A stretch of 51,879 nt of DNA, counting the filler, from Catajapyx aquilonaris (Eukaryota): assembly GCA_000934665.2 (NCBI GenBank). It is 3 parts of 3 records of this genome, joined end to end, with 100 filler letters (N's around TTAATTAATTAA, not from the genome) between each part and the next. Parts side by side here need not be neighbours in the genome. Positions count along the whole stretch, not along the records: positions 17,337 to 34,587 come from JYFJ02006995.1; positions 34,688 to 51,879 come from JYFJ02006996.1; 1 more part is not named here. The stretch is one strand, 5' to 3'. The notes under the pieces were generated by a model. It made no database searches, was not told where the DNA came from, and saw nothing but the letters and a program-made list of their open reading frames with translations. A program made the position numbers and the translations under genes. Below are positions 23,623 through 35,621 of this stretch, piece by piece (position 1 is the first letter of the stretch; every line of letters begins with the position of its first letter).

Positions 23623-24764
23623 TTAAGAAAACGACACAAACTAAAGAGAACGACACAAAGTTAAGAGAGCGACTAATAAGTTAAGAGCGCGAAGCTTATA
23701 GAGTGGGACACAGAGTATAGTGTGCGCCACCCCGCATAGAGTGCGTCACAAAGCTTACTTTGCGACGCAAAGTATAGAGTTATAAGCTCAAAGTTTAAAG
23801 AGTGCGACGTGACCCTTCCGGGCTTCCTTACATATGTGTAGCAGTGCTCTCTAGGCTGTAGTACTCTAGGTCTGTTTTTATTTTTTTAAAGGGTCGTAGA
23901 GCCAACGCTAAATTCATACAATAAAAGTTAGCGTTAGCTTCCGCTAATCTTTCTAGCTGGTTATAGCGTAGTCAACGGTATGTAGTTAGTGGATTAGTGG
24001 TTAGCGAAGCTAAACTTTTGCTTAGCTGTGCCCACCAGTGCTGGTGCTACATATTGCACCGACATGAGTCGTAGTTTGTGGGTGCTCTTCAAGTTCGGGT
24101 TCCTGCCCAAGTCCATCTGAAATCATTACATTCTCATGATTGTACTCGTATAATATGTCTCGGTACCATACTTGATTGCAATTGATCAAGGGGGTAATAA
24201 CTGACCATTTTAGTACACACCAGACGTATGGGAATTATGAGCAGATATTTTCGGCCAATCGTACACCAGATTGTTAGCCCGTCGGAATTTGTTACTTAAT
24301 GTATTTTATGATCCCTTGGGGTGCTGAGAAAGTGGAGTCATCGACAGTCACATGTACAGGTGAAATTTATTGGGAAACTCACAGCAACAGGTGTACAGTA
24401 CTCTTCATCTCTTTTCTTTTATGGCCTTGACGATAGTAACGTCGTAGAAGAAGCAACATATACCGGGACTGTAGCCGACACTATTTCAGGCCAACCAACT
24501 CATAATCACGAGTTTCCATAGCAACACGCAAACCTTGAACATGCGAAAAACTGCCAATAACCCTGAGACTAAAATACTCTTATCGTTATCGGGCATCAGT
24601 GCCGCATCAGTACCGAATTGCGGGGCAAAAAGTTATCATAGTTGACTTCCGCCATATTGCCTGGTGAATATACTATCGACCTATTCGCCCTTTATCTAAC
24701 TTGTAAACCAGAGTATTCCAAGTATTCGACGAACTTGCTCTCTTCAGTGCCTCACTCGTCTACC

Positions 24765-27419
24765 ATGGCAGGGTACGACGAGGATTTAACTGAGAACCCA
24801 TTCTTCTTGAAGTTCCAGCAAGAGTGTCCTGAACTGTTTGGGCAGTGCATAGCGGAAGGGTGGGTGATATGTGTCCCGCGTGTGGGTCTAGAGTCAAAAT
24901 ATACATCAACTCTAGAAGAGAACTTCATACATCATGTGCTCATACCAGTGGAAGGGGAAGAGTCGAATGGTCAGTACAAAACTATGGCTGGGAAGGAGGT
25001 GAGGATCAAAGCCAACGTTGTGACAATCGAGAATGATGTTAATGCAACCCGCAGCATACACATATTGTTTGAGGAAACATTTTATACAGCAGATAAGAAG
25101 AGGTATTGTGTACTGTGCCTTGAAAGTTCGTTGGAGGCATCGGAGGTAGGTGGAGATGTTGTGAAGGCCCCGCTGGTAGTTAGCAGCCCACGTGATTCCA
25201 TGGACTACTTGTGGCGAGAATCAGGAGGGCCGAAAGTTCTGGAGTTGCTGGATGAACAGGTGCAGCGTTTCCTGAAGTCTCATGCCAACTTGGAGGTGGA
25301 GACACTGCAAGTTCAACGTGACCTAACCAGTGCATTGTACGCAAGTTGTGTGCAGGTGGCATTGAAGGACAATCATCTGAGGGACAAGACAGGGCGAAGT
25401 AAGTCAGCAATGGATTTGCTCAAGCTATCTGTTGAAACATATGTTCTACATGGTGTGTACAAAAAAGTAATGACTGGCGTCACGGCATGCACAGCGTATG
25501 ATGATGCCCACTTCAATAAAATCATTAGGAATCTGTCTGACATCCAGTTACGAGACCTACAGGTGCGGCCAGATTTGTATGATGCAGTGCCACATGCAAG
25601 ACAGGAACTCTCCCAAATTGATCTCTGCACCACACCGGTTGGGAAGGTTGGATGCTTAAGACGTGCAGTAAGAACTATCACTAGTCGGGCACAAAAACAT
25701 GACAAGGAAGCACGAGCTGTCACCACAGATGACCTCCTACCTGTCCTAGTGTACTTGGTGATCCGGTCAGCAGTCCCAAATTGGACTGCACAGTTTACAT
25801 TTATCAGAGACTTTCGTTTCTCATCCCCCCCTGGTGACCTGGAAGAAAGCAGCTTCTACATCACCACACTTGAAGCTGCCCTGGAGCATGTCAAGTCGGG
25901 TGTGTTGCTTGGACGCAGTTCACCGGAAGCTGATCACGACCTGGGTGAAAATGAGGGTTACTCAAGTCCAACCCTAGCACGTCAGTTTTCAGAGGGAACA
26001 ACTACCACCTTTACTAAGCACATTGCTAAGTTCTTTGAGCTAGTTCAGCAGGGGAAGATTGATGAGGTTAAGGCAATATTGGACCAGCCAGTAAAGGAAG
26101 ATAAACCTATTGAGACATCTGAACTATGCCATCCTCTTTGTGCTTGCGATAAGTGTGAGGGAGTCTTGCTGCGCAATAGGTGCGATACGACACCAACTGT
26201 TCATTCACGAGATGACTGTGGTTTCACAGCATTGCATGTGGCAAGCCTTTTTGGTGAGTTGCCATTGGTGGATTTGCTAGTGGACAGAGGGTCAGACATC
26301 AATGCTTCTGATTACCGGGGTGCCACTTCACTTCATTATGCTGCATCACGTGGGCATCAAAATGTCCTCTTACTGTTGGTCTATGCCAATGCTGATATCA
26401 ATGCTGTGGATAATGAGGGAAACACACCATTGCACATGGCCTCAATGAATGGCCATGAGACCTGCGTCAAAGCCATGTTGTATTACACAGAGAATGTTGC
26501 TAAGCTCCTGGACATCAACTCTGCTAGTGCCAAGGGCGACACAGCACTTCATCATGCTGCTCGATGGGGGTATGCAGGAATAGTTGAGATCCTCTTAGAT
26601 TATGGTGCTGACCCTGCAATCCAAAACGGGTGGAAGATGACGCCATTAGACTATGCTCATAACATTTATGTGTCACGCATATTGGCAGAGCGGAAACCAG
26701 TAAAGCGTGACTTGAAAGTGGTGAAAACAAGCCCAGCTAGTGATACCAGTAGCAGTGCCCACAAGTCTAGTGTGCCAGATGATGATACATGGACTTGCAT
26801 CAGCAAGAATAACAGCCATCCATGGGAATCCCAAGAAGAGAGCCGTGGCTTGGACAAGGTGTTTCACAGCATTGAAGTAGGTGACTTTCATCTGACATGT
26901 TATTACCTTGGTATTGAGGATGAGGAGAATTCATCTACACCTGAAATTTCAACAGTAACCAGTTTGTGTCATCCACTGTGTTTGTGTGAGAAATGTGCAG
27001 TAGCCCAAACAATGGTAAAGCGAGTGATGAGGAAAGATGTGATTAGTGTTGATGCCTGTAATTCTGATGGGATAACCCCCTTGCATGTGGCAGCTAAGCA
27101 TGGCCATGTCAACATTGCCAGGGTCCTTGTGAAGTTAGGTGCCAATGTCAATGCAAAAACTTGGTCAGAATCAAAGTTGCCATTACATATGGCTTGTGAG
27201 CACAATCAGGTCGAAGTTGTGCAGTTGCTGTTGAAAGCAGAGTCAACAGTCAATATGGAAGACATAGAGGGCAACACACCTCTGCACTACAGTTGTGCCA
27301 GGAACTACCGAAGAATTTCAAGTCTACTCCTGAAAGCAGGTGGTGACTTTGACATTCGCAACCATGAGGGGAAGACGCCACTGGAAGTGAAATTATCCCT
27401 TGCTATTGGCAGTGATTAG
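24765..27419 (+). CDS. ANKRD27: Ankyrin repeat domain-containing protein 27 / VARP (VPS9-ankyrin repeat protein), single coding exon, 884 aa
   Basis: Start accATGG giving MAGYDEDLTENPFF. ILFEETFY motif, VPS9 domain (DDLLPVLVYLVIRS...YITTLEAAL), two CHPLCxCxxC motifs (about 26127-26156 and 26967-26996), each followed by an ankyrin repeat cluster. AATAAA at about 27764. Confidence 0.95.
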   Translation: MAGYDEDLTENPFFLKFQQECPELFGQCIAEGWVICVPRVGLESKYTSTLEENFIHHVLIPVEGEESNGQYKTMAGKEVRIKANVVTIENDVNATRSIHILFEETFYTADKKRYCVLCLESSLEASEVGGDVVKAPLVVSSPRDSMDYLWRESGGPKVLELLDEQVQRFLKSHANLEVETLQVQRDLTSALYASCVQVALKDNHLRDKTGRSKSAMDLLKLSVETYVLHGVYKKVMTGVTACTAYDDAHFNKIIRNLSDIQLRDLQVRPDLYDAVPHARQELSQIDLCTTPVGKVGCLRRAVRTITSRAQKHDKEARAVTTDDLLPVLVYLVIRSAVPNWTAQFTFIRDFRFSSPPGDLEESSFYITTLEAALEHVKSGVLLGRSSPEADHDLGENEGYSSPTLARQFSEGTTTTFTKHIAKFFELVQQGKIDEVKAILDQPVKEDKPIETSELCHPLCACDKCEGVLLRNRCDTTPTVHSRDDCGFTALHVASLFGELPLVDLLVDRGSDINASDYRGATSLHYAASRGHQNVLLLLVYANADINAVDNEGNTPLHMASMNGHETCVKAMLYYTENVAKLLDINSASAKGDTALHHAARWGYAGIVEILLDYGADPAIQNGWKMTPLDYAHNIYVSRILAERKPVKRDLKVVKTSPASDTSSSAHKSSVPDDDTWTCISKNNSHPWESQEESRGLDKVFHSIEVGDFHLTCYYLGIEDEENSSTPEISTVTSLCHPLCLCEKCAVAQTMVKRVMRKDVISVDACNSDGITPLHVAAKHGHVNIARVLVKLGANVNAKTWSESKLPLHMACEHNQVEVVQLLLKAESTVNMEDIEGNTPLHYSCARNYRRISSLLLKAGGDFDIRNHEGKTPLEVKLSLAIGSD

Positions 27420-28176
27420 CATTGTTGAGATATCAAAAAATTAAAACATGGAAATGGATTTGCTAAAAAAGCAATTGCCATTGTCTTTCTCTTACATAAC
27501 TTTAGGATTTGCTGTATGAATGTCTTAAACTTGGCTCATTGCCAGAAATGAAAAGTGTACTCCTCTGGTAACACAATATTCATAGAATAGCATGATTGAA
27601 AATTGCATTAACTTAACGTGTACACTGTGAAAATGATTTAGGATGCATTCTCTATTCTTTTGATAAATGAAAGCAAGGTACTATAATATTATACTTGAGA
27701 TATACCTACAACTTCAAAATTTATTCTAGTCTGAGAAAGGTGCCTTTTTTTGACCTGTGCTTCAATAAATCATCTAGTGTTGTGTTGCTGGAATATGTGG
27801 CAAAAATAGTCTTGTTTTGAATTGTTAGTGCCATTACATGTAAGGTTTATGCCTTACGCCCTTACTAGTAATCCACTGTTGAAGAGGGGTGATGGGATTA
27901 TGAATTGTTTGCTCCAGAGTTCCAGTGCCTCATAATGTAGCTCTCATTCATATCAGCTGAAATGTCGCCTATGTATCTGCTTGTACTGTACTGCTGGCAG
28001 TATGAGGGGGAGGAGAGGGAGGTTTCTAGAAGGGGGGGGGGGGGGNAGGAGAGTGCATATTAGGTTCTTCTGATGGACTAAATTTTGGCTGGTCTAGGAA
28101 GACCACCTTAACACAAGAGAGTCTGTGACATTTCAGCTGATGCAGAGGTGAGGTCAATTGTGAAACAAGTGGTATA

Positions 28177-28737
28177 CAGGGTGTTTATCGTAACTCTGCA
28201 AAGACTTTCAGGGATAATAGAGGGGACCAAGACCAGTATTGTTGTCATAGGAACCTGTGTCCGGAAACGCCATCTAGAGGGGGTTCATAGACAAGGAACG
28301 GGTGCGCTCAGACGCTTCATGCGGGAGGCGCTAGGCGAGCGACTGTTTTGTTGATAGATGGCGCTGGGATAGTAAACACCGATGCGATGTGCCATAACCT
28401 GGCAACAGCAGAGCCATCTAGCAACTAAAGTACGCCTCCTAGGAGATGCAGGGATAGTCAACAGTGGATTTGTTGCTGCTAGCTTATGACGTATCGCGTT
28501 GTTGTTTACTTACAACGACGCGATACGCCATAACCTGGAAACAACTGCGCGCCATCTATCAACAAAAGAGTCCGCTCTGCTAGCGCCTCCCGCCTGACGC
28601 GTCTGAGCGCACACGTTCCTTGTCTATGAACCCCCTCTAGATGGCGTTTCCGGACACAGGTTCCTATGACAACAATACTGGTCTTGGTCCCCTCTATTAT
28701 CCCTGAAAGTCTTTGCAGAGTTACAATAAACACCCTG
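28177..28737. mobile_element. Tc1/mariner-type MITE with long (about 190 bp) inverted arms
   Basis: TA|CAGGGTGTTTAT(C/T)GTAACTCTGCAAAGACTTTCAGGG ... CACCCTG|TA; the arms produce identical peptides on both strands in the ORF track. Confidence 0.9.
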
Positions 28738-29964
28738 TATAATGTGTCAGCTGCAACAAAAGTATGTTTTGGCAGATTAAGATTTTTCCACTGCAAAGTA
28801 ATGCAGTGTCCAATTGGGATTTTCATCTTACTGGCATGGGGGGGGGGGGGGNTTTTCTAATGGCATCAAGTAGCAAAAATAAGCCAGACATTTTGCCAAT
28901 TTCAACATTTTGTGTCCCATGTAAAAAAAAAAAGCATAGGCCTATCCCCAAAAAAGATCCTGCTAGCCTTATTTGCAAATTTCAGCATGGAGGGCTTCCC
29001 TCAAAGTCAGCCAACCTTTCTGCTCAAATTTAGCATAATGTAGAGTCTGTCCTTAATCTTAATGCAATCAATTGTCATGAACTGTGCCGTTCTGTTGGCA
29101 CATCCCTGCTGTGAGGTGAATGACCAGGTTTCTGCTGGGATTTGACAGGTTGCTTAGCACAACTAGGGGGTTGCCAGAAGGGACACAACAGGTGGGGTAA
29201 TGTTGATTACCTCCTCCCACACCCTGGTGATAGTTATAGTTCCCACTCCATTTATACACACCCCAGCAGGAGCCACCACCAGAAATCTTTGACCTTTGAC
29301 CTGAAAGTTGTTGGTATAGGTTGCAAGAGAAGTTGGGAAAGAAATTAAGACAATCTTTCTTTTATTGTGCTGATCTAGCGCCTTAGAACATTGCCCTTGT
29401 GAAAGAGTGTTCACAAGAATCTGTCGTAGAGTGAGCGAGAAACCTATTCTTGTGCCCCATTCATGGTTTCTTATTAATGCTAAAATGTTACAAAGTCACT
29501 CAAAAACACCTGTTCTTGCGAGCTTTTGAACTCACCATGAGAGTGCTCTTTTTGCAATTACCCAAACTGCCATAGCCATCTGAATCAGACAAAGCTTTGA
29601 GCATGCTTTCAGCCCTTCTACATCAATAACAATATCCCAGCAGCATTTTTCCTGGCCCATTTCCATCCACTGCCTGCATAATCAATTTTTTAAAATACTG
29701 CAAGTTCACTTTCACATAACTGTGAATTGAGTATTAATCACCCTTCTCACAAGGGACATATAGCGAGTAATAATAACATATCGCGAGTGAACGAATGTGG
29801 ATGAAACTGAATATGCTAATAAAGGACAATATATGATAACGAAAAATGAAATATTTCATGCTGAAGCCCATATTTGCAAAAGTTATGCCTTGTTAAAGTG
29901 ACAAAAATGGTACATTTCCATACACAATGGGATTACGTTAGTGACCACATATAATGACATTGAA

Positions 29965-30219
29965 AAGGGCGACACGGTGGCCGAGTGGTTAGCGCCGCAG
30001 CCTTCCACCTCTAAGGTCCTGAGTTCGATCCCCGGGTCGGACGGAGGATACTTATGCGGATAGAGTTTCGATGGGTTCTCTCCGTGTTCGCGTGGGTTTT
30101 CTCGGGGTTCTCCCGTTTCCTCCCACCATCAAAATCCATAACCTTTCAGGCAAATGATTAAAGTCGGGTTTTCAAAAGATGATCCCCTAAGAGGCCCAAG
30201 GGGCCTATCACGGGGTATC

Positions 30220-30280
<61 letters not shown>

Positions 30281-30286
30281 ATTAAT
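29965..30286 (+). mobile_element. tRNA-derived SINE, family A (V-domain-like core)
   Basis: A box TGGCCGAGTGG, B box GTTCGATCC, core GCGTGGGTTTTCTCGGGGTTCTCCCGTTTCCTCCCAC, (ATT)n tail, 16-bp TSD atataatgacattgaa. Confidence 0.92.
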
Positions 30287-30349
30287 ATATAATGACATTG
30301 AAGTATGTAATCAGTTTTTTTTTGCACCAAATACATATTATTTAACTGT

Positions 30350-30706
30350 TGGGGAGGTGTGGTGGCCGTGATGGTAATGTCACGGCTTGCTGAGTGAAAG
30401 GCCCCAGGTTCGATCCCCGCCTGGGGAACTTTCCTTTCACCTGCGTCAGGAGGGTCTCTGACCTGCACCAAGGAGGTGTCTGGCAACCTAACCTCCTGGG
30501 GAACAGCACATGACCCATTAGCTACGACATTGCACCTTGCACCCATGTTCCCTCCCCAAAAATCCCTATCCTTTCCCATTGTCCCTGTTTCCTTGCACTG
30601 GTGATTGAAGCGAAAATATATCAGAAAACTGATGGTGGTATGCCACCCCCCTATAGCTCCCATAAGGGACATCACGGGGTATAATAAATAAAAATAAATA
30701 AAAAAA
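30350..30706 (+). mobile_element. tRNA-derived SINE, family B
   Basis: B box GGTTCGATCC, similar to 10519-10862, 15-bp TSD atattatttaactgt. Confidence 0.9.
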
Positions 30707-33619
30707 ATATTATTTAACTGTCATACAAAATGCACCATTCACCACACTAATCGAGTTCTGCTTTGACAACTTAGCGAGTGACGAGTGTGCTACATGTAAT
30801 GAGATGAGCTTCATTTGTTGTGTACATTGCAATATTTGTTTCTGTATAAACCATTCATTAAAAAGTGAACTGCTTACGTGTAAATAAATTGTATGACAGT
30901 TAAATCATGTGTATTTGGTATACAATAAAACTGGTTAAACACTTCAATGTCATTATATGTGGTAGCTAACGTAATCCCATTTTGTATGGAAATGTCCCAT
31001 TTTTGTCATTTCAACACATCATAACTTTTGAAAATATGGGCTTCAGCATAAAATATTTCATTTTTTGGTTGTCATAATTATATTTACCTTGATTAGCATA
31101 TTCAGTTTCATCCAGATCCGTTATTATCACCCGCAATATGTCCCTTGTCAGTATGTATATGATACATCATACATTGTTTCCTTGTGATATGCACAAAATA
31201 GGAATGTGGAAAAGTGTTACAAAAAAGATAAGCAAACCTGGGAATCAACTTAAGACTTTATAATAACCTTATATTGTTACTGTGTTCTGACTCTGCAATC
31301 GATGTCAACCTTATGCAAGCGTAGACCTGACCTGTGAATGGAAGATTATAACTGTATTGAATCAGATTAATGACTTATTTTAACTTAGTTTTGAAGTAAC
31401 CAATTTTGTAGTAAGATTTTCAATTACATTGTTGACTGCTAGTATTAGAGTGATGAAATGATGAGGTATTCAAAGGTACCTGTACATGTCCTCTTATCAA
31501 ATGTTACACCACGGTGGGTTGAAATACTGTATATCGTAGAGTAATTACCATTACTAAGGGGACATGCCAGAACAAAAACAAAGATAATGAAATAAATTTG
31601 TTTACATTGTTATTTCTTGTTGACATGAATTGTGCAATTTTCCTTCCTCAGTAGGATTTGGTTGGTCGGTTCCTTATGTTGGGATCACTAATAAACTAAT
31701 CGCTGACCAGTGACCAAAATGGCAGCCTGCTGATTTTATGACACGGGTTCCAGGGACAAGGTTAGGGTGGAAGGAAGTGGCTGTGGCCATTCTGAAATGG
31801 ACACCATCCTGGAATTGACCAATGAAAATCACAAACCTAATTAGAGCAGTTGACACTGGGGATCAAATCGGGGCTTTCGCAATGGTGGTGTGATTTCATG
31901 ACTCAGCCTGGCCGCTACAATAGGCCACCCGGGTCACAACAGGATTGACATAACAAGTCTTCCTTGAGATCATACTGATTTTCATACATACTGCCGTCAG
32001 ATGTAAGAAGACCGTAACTCAAAAACTAGTAAGGGTGAAAGGCATGCATGGAACTTTCCCTCTTACTAGTTTTTGAGTTACGGTCTTCTTACATCTGACA
32101 GCAGCGTAGTCCTCTGTTGGTGCATCACCCATTCACATGGCACAAAATCTTCTTGATCAGATCATGTTCCAATCATGTATTCGTTGTTGTTAATTGTTGC
32201 ATAACAATGAAAAACATTCTATAATGATGAAACGTTTGTGACATTTGAATGGTCCTTGTGTATGTGTGTGTTAATGCATGCTTTTTTTGATAGGGCCTAA
32301 ATACAGCACACATTTGCAAAAGTATTTGATAACCACCCCATTCAAATTAACATATTTTTTTCTAACTGGTTCAGAAAGGTATGCAATGGTAGGTGTGTGA
32401 CACAGGAATTTTTAAAGATGACTGGGTCTAATACAACATAAGCAAAAGTGAAATAATTTTTCACATCTGTAGCTTAAGTTGGTGGTTTTGGTTATTGTTA
32501 TTTTGTAATTAATTGGCAGTTTAAATGTGGCAGGATGAACTTGGAATGTGCAGTAATTTTTATTTCCATTCTTCTACCGTCAGATGCAAGAAGACCGTAA
32601 CTCAAAAACTAGTAAGGGTGAAAGTCGTATGCATGCCCTGCACTAATCCCCCCCTGACTCAGAGGGGATTAGTCTTGTAGCAATGGTAAGTGTCCAATTT
32701 TGAGCTTTGTATACTGTGACTCACTAAAGCTGACAACGACGGAATTGATGAGAGACACCAATGTCGAGACCCCCTTTCGGGGAAAACCTTATTCTGCTGC
32801 ATGACTCCGTGATCTGCATCCCAATTGTCCAGTACAAAACTGTGTCTAGAGAATTACCTCTGCATCTTAATAGGATAGAAAAACAACTACAATATTGCAA
32901 CAAGTTTCACCATTTTATTATGTTTTTATTATGTAAAGTATACATCTCCATTGGTCTCTTACATGTGGAATAAATAGAGCAATTGACATATTGTGCAGTT
33001 AAATAATCACATTGTTGGGAGATCACATCCTTGTCCTGACAGCAGCAGTTGACTTTCTTGTTTGAAGTTGCGCAATTTGTTCGTACTGGATATTTTTGTG
33101 CGCTAGACAGTGTGAACAATCAAGGAACGCATTCAAACTGTACACATGACGATCATTTGGTAGTGACAATCTAAGGTGACAACATTAGTAGCCACTATCA
33201 TTTACTACAATATGCCATGACCAGAGGGTCGTTGAGAGCAGGATATGAGGTGTTGATTGATTTGGCATGTTACATGCAAAATCAAGTTAGTCAGAGTGCA
33301 GGGTACAAATCATGCATTAAAAGATTCAGATTAAAAGATTCTAAATGTAGTCCATGTGTTCTGCAAAGGAAAGACAATCCTAGAAAGGCCATTATAAATC
33401 TGCATGTCATTTGTCACTCCTATGTTCCAATCAGTTTCATGCATATGGGCAGGTTCAGGTACAGTAGAACTAGTAGTACAGGGAAGAGTGTACAGCTCAA
33501 CATCAAAAATTCAAGCTGGACCTGTTAGTTTTAATTATTTTTTAAAACCAGCATTGCTCAGTATGACATGCAGTTCTACTTTACATCTCATTTGTCATGG
33601 CAGGGTCACATGCAGCACA

Positions 33620-33804
33620 GTACAGTCGCCGACATATTGATTGAATCACTTGCGAGCCGATTTCTAACGTTATCCTGGATATTCAGAGCAATACCGCACA
33701 ACATCTTGGATTTCGCAAGATGTTGTGCGGTATTGCTCTGAATATCCAGGATAACGTTAGAAATCGGCTCGCAAGTGATTCAATCAATATGTCGGCGACT
33801 GTAC
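33620..33804. mobile_element. Perfect palindrome (89-bp arms, 7-nt loop); Tc1/mariner-type MITE
   Basis: TA|CAGTCGCCGAC...CATCTTG gatttcg CAAGATG...GTCGGCGACTG|TA with no mismatch seen. Confidence 0.9.
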
Positions 33805-34587
33805 ATTCATGCATCTGATAATAGGTTAGTAGGCAGAATACTTTTCTGATTATTCAGAGTTTATTGCATTGTGCTTGATTATTATGTAGAACATGGGACT
33901 GAATGCCACCTATTAATGTGTCATATTTTTAGCCTAAATTTGTTAATTTCATCACTTTCTTCGTCTCTGATACCATTCTTATAGGGAAATGCCATGAAGT
34001 TGTCTGTTTAGCATCACTCAGTAAGGGCCTGTTGTGTGATCAATAATAATACATCAGAACTAGCAGTTGATACATAGGAATGATCACTTGTTCTCTATTT
34101 ACTATTGATCATGCTACCAGCCCTAAATCATTCAATCCACAAAATTGATACAGGATAGCGAAATATAATCCTGTGCACTTTCTGAGGGGGCAATTCAGAA
34201 TTTTGTCACATTATAAAAAAACCAGGCCTATTACAGTACCGTACTTAAATACTAGGTCAGATATATGCAGACATCACTGATCAGCAGATAAAATGTATCA
34301 GTACAAGCCCCTGTCATGTCACACAAATCAGCTGATGTGGGGGAGGGTAGGATGAAGATGAACATGATGGGTATTTTTCATCACCTGTTCCATGTACTGA
34401 TTTGGCTCAAACTTGGACTGCAGTGTCCTTGCATTAGTATGACATCAGTGGAGGTCAATCTGTGTCACATTACATGAGTTTTTTATGTATAGTGCTGGAC
34501 ACAATAGCATATAACAAGTGTAAACAACGACTTTGGCGTTACCTGGCAACTGGTCGTGTTCGGACATCGTCATGTGGAGAGTGCTTA

Positions 34588-34687
34588 NNNNNNNNNNNNN
34601 NNNNNNNNNNNNNNNNNNNNNNNNNNNNNNNTTAATTAATTAANNNNNNNNNNNNNNNNNNNNNNNNNNNNNNNNNNNNNNNNNNNN
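34588..34687. other. Assembly gap with artificial TTAATTAATTAA linker
   Basis: 44 N + ttaattaattaa + 44 N. Confidence 0.97.
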
Positions 34688-35466
34688 GGGGTAAATTCAG
34701 GAATAAACGGACAAGGGTTTTTGTCGGTTTTTGTGCGGCGATGAAACCCGTGGGTACCGCATACCCAGCCGAAGGGTATTTACATTGGGGGTCGCCTCAA
34801 TGTTACCCACACAATCTGCACCCCCATCAGCTGCCTCTTAATTCCCTGTATTCATTCGCAAGTTAGGTTCATCTGCAATGGAGCCAATAAGATTTCAAGC
34901 TATTCATATGAAAGCCTGTTTTCAACTTCGTAAAAATTCAAAATTGCGCAGGACGGTCTGATTTCATGATTTTTTTTTTGCATATTCCGCTTCCAATTTT
35001 TATTTCGAGATGGGTTATCAATTAATACTGCCAACTATTGTGATGATAGCTTGGTTACCATTTAATCTCATACATGGACTCAAATATTATTCGTGCATTT
35101 TTGTGGTGGCTTGTTTTAAAGTTTTAAATAATTGAGCACTGTTTTTAATACATGCCCGATTGCATGCTTGTGCACGAACGAGTAATAAGCTGCAGTTAAA
35201 TAAATTTGATTTAAACCTGTTGGTTTGTGGGCAATGGTTATTGGTAGTTTATTCTGGCAACATTAATAATAGTAATGTAGGTTTTGTTGGTTCAGAACGA
35301 AATACACCGCAAGTGATTTCAGTTTTTGCAGCTCTGAACTTTGTTATGATTTGGAAAATTTTGCACATCATAACAACATAAAACTTGTTTCACGTATGTA
35401 TAACTGTTTTGACATATTGTAAGCGATTTTTGGCTCAATTTGATTGATATTATTATAACATTTTTT

Positions 35467-35621
35467 TTTTACAATTTCACTGATGTTTAAATTGTGAAAT
35501 TTGCTGAAACTTGAGCGTAATTTGTACATTTCCGAAGGTTTTTAGCAACTTTCGGAAATACAAAAATTACGCTAAAGTTTCAGCAAATTTCACATATTTA
35601 AACATCAGTGAAATTGTAAAA
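35467..35621. repeat. AT-rich imperfect palindrome (arms about 70 bp)
   Basis: ttttacaatttcactgatgtttaaa... / ...tttaaacatcagtgaaattgtaaaa. Confidence 0.8.

Larger units (their letters stand above)
22611..23836. mobile_element. Foldback MITE containing a SINE and a piggyBac-like MITE
   Basis: catatgta.ggaagcccggaagggtcacgtcgcactctttaaac... mirrored at 23690-23836. Confidence 0.85.
20659..24040. mobile_element. hAT-type MITE expanded to 3.4 kb by nested insertions
   Basis: TIR CAGTGGTGGGCA / TGCCCACCAGTG; 8-bp TSD ctggtgct at 20651-20658 and 24041-24048; TTAGC/GCTAA subterminal repeats at both ends. Confidence 0.85.
29749..31148. mobile_element. Foldback MITE carrying two SINE insertions
   Basis: acaagggacatat...ggatgaaactgaatatgctaat...gtgaccacatataatgacattgaa mirrored at 30940-31148. 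Confidence 0.8.

Noticed and set aside
24642..24764. TTG-initiated N-terminal extension of ANKRD27 in the ORF track
   Set aside because: Non-ATG start; family similarity begins at MAGYDEDL, which has a good Kozak context at 24765
28148..28826. Duplicated ORFs on both strands (YRVFIVTLQRLSGIIEG...)
   Set aside because: Consequence of the MITE's inverted arms; the same applies to the ORFs at 2-506
29969..30045. tRNA genes (also at about 3570-3640, 5160, 10520, 19760, 22690 and 30352)
   Set aside because: A/B boxes continue into SINE bodies with tails and usually TSDs; these are tRNA-derived SINE heads
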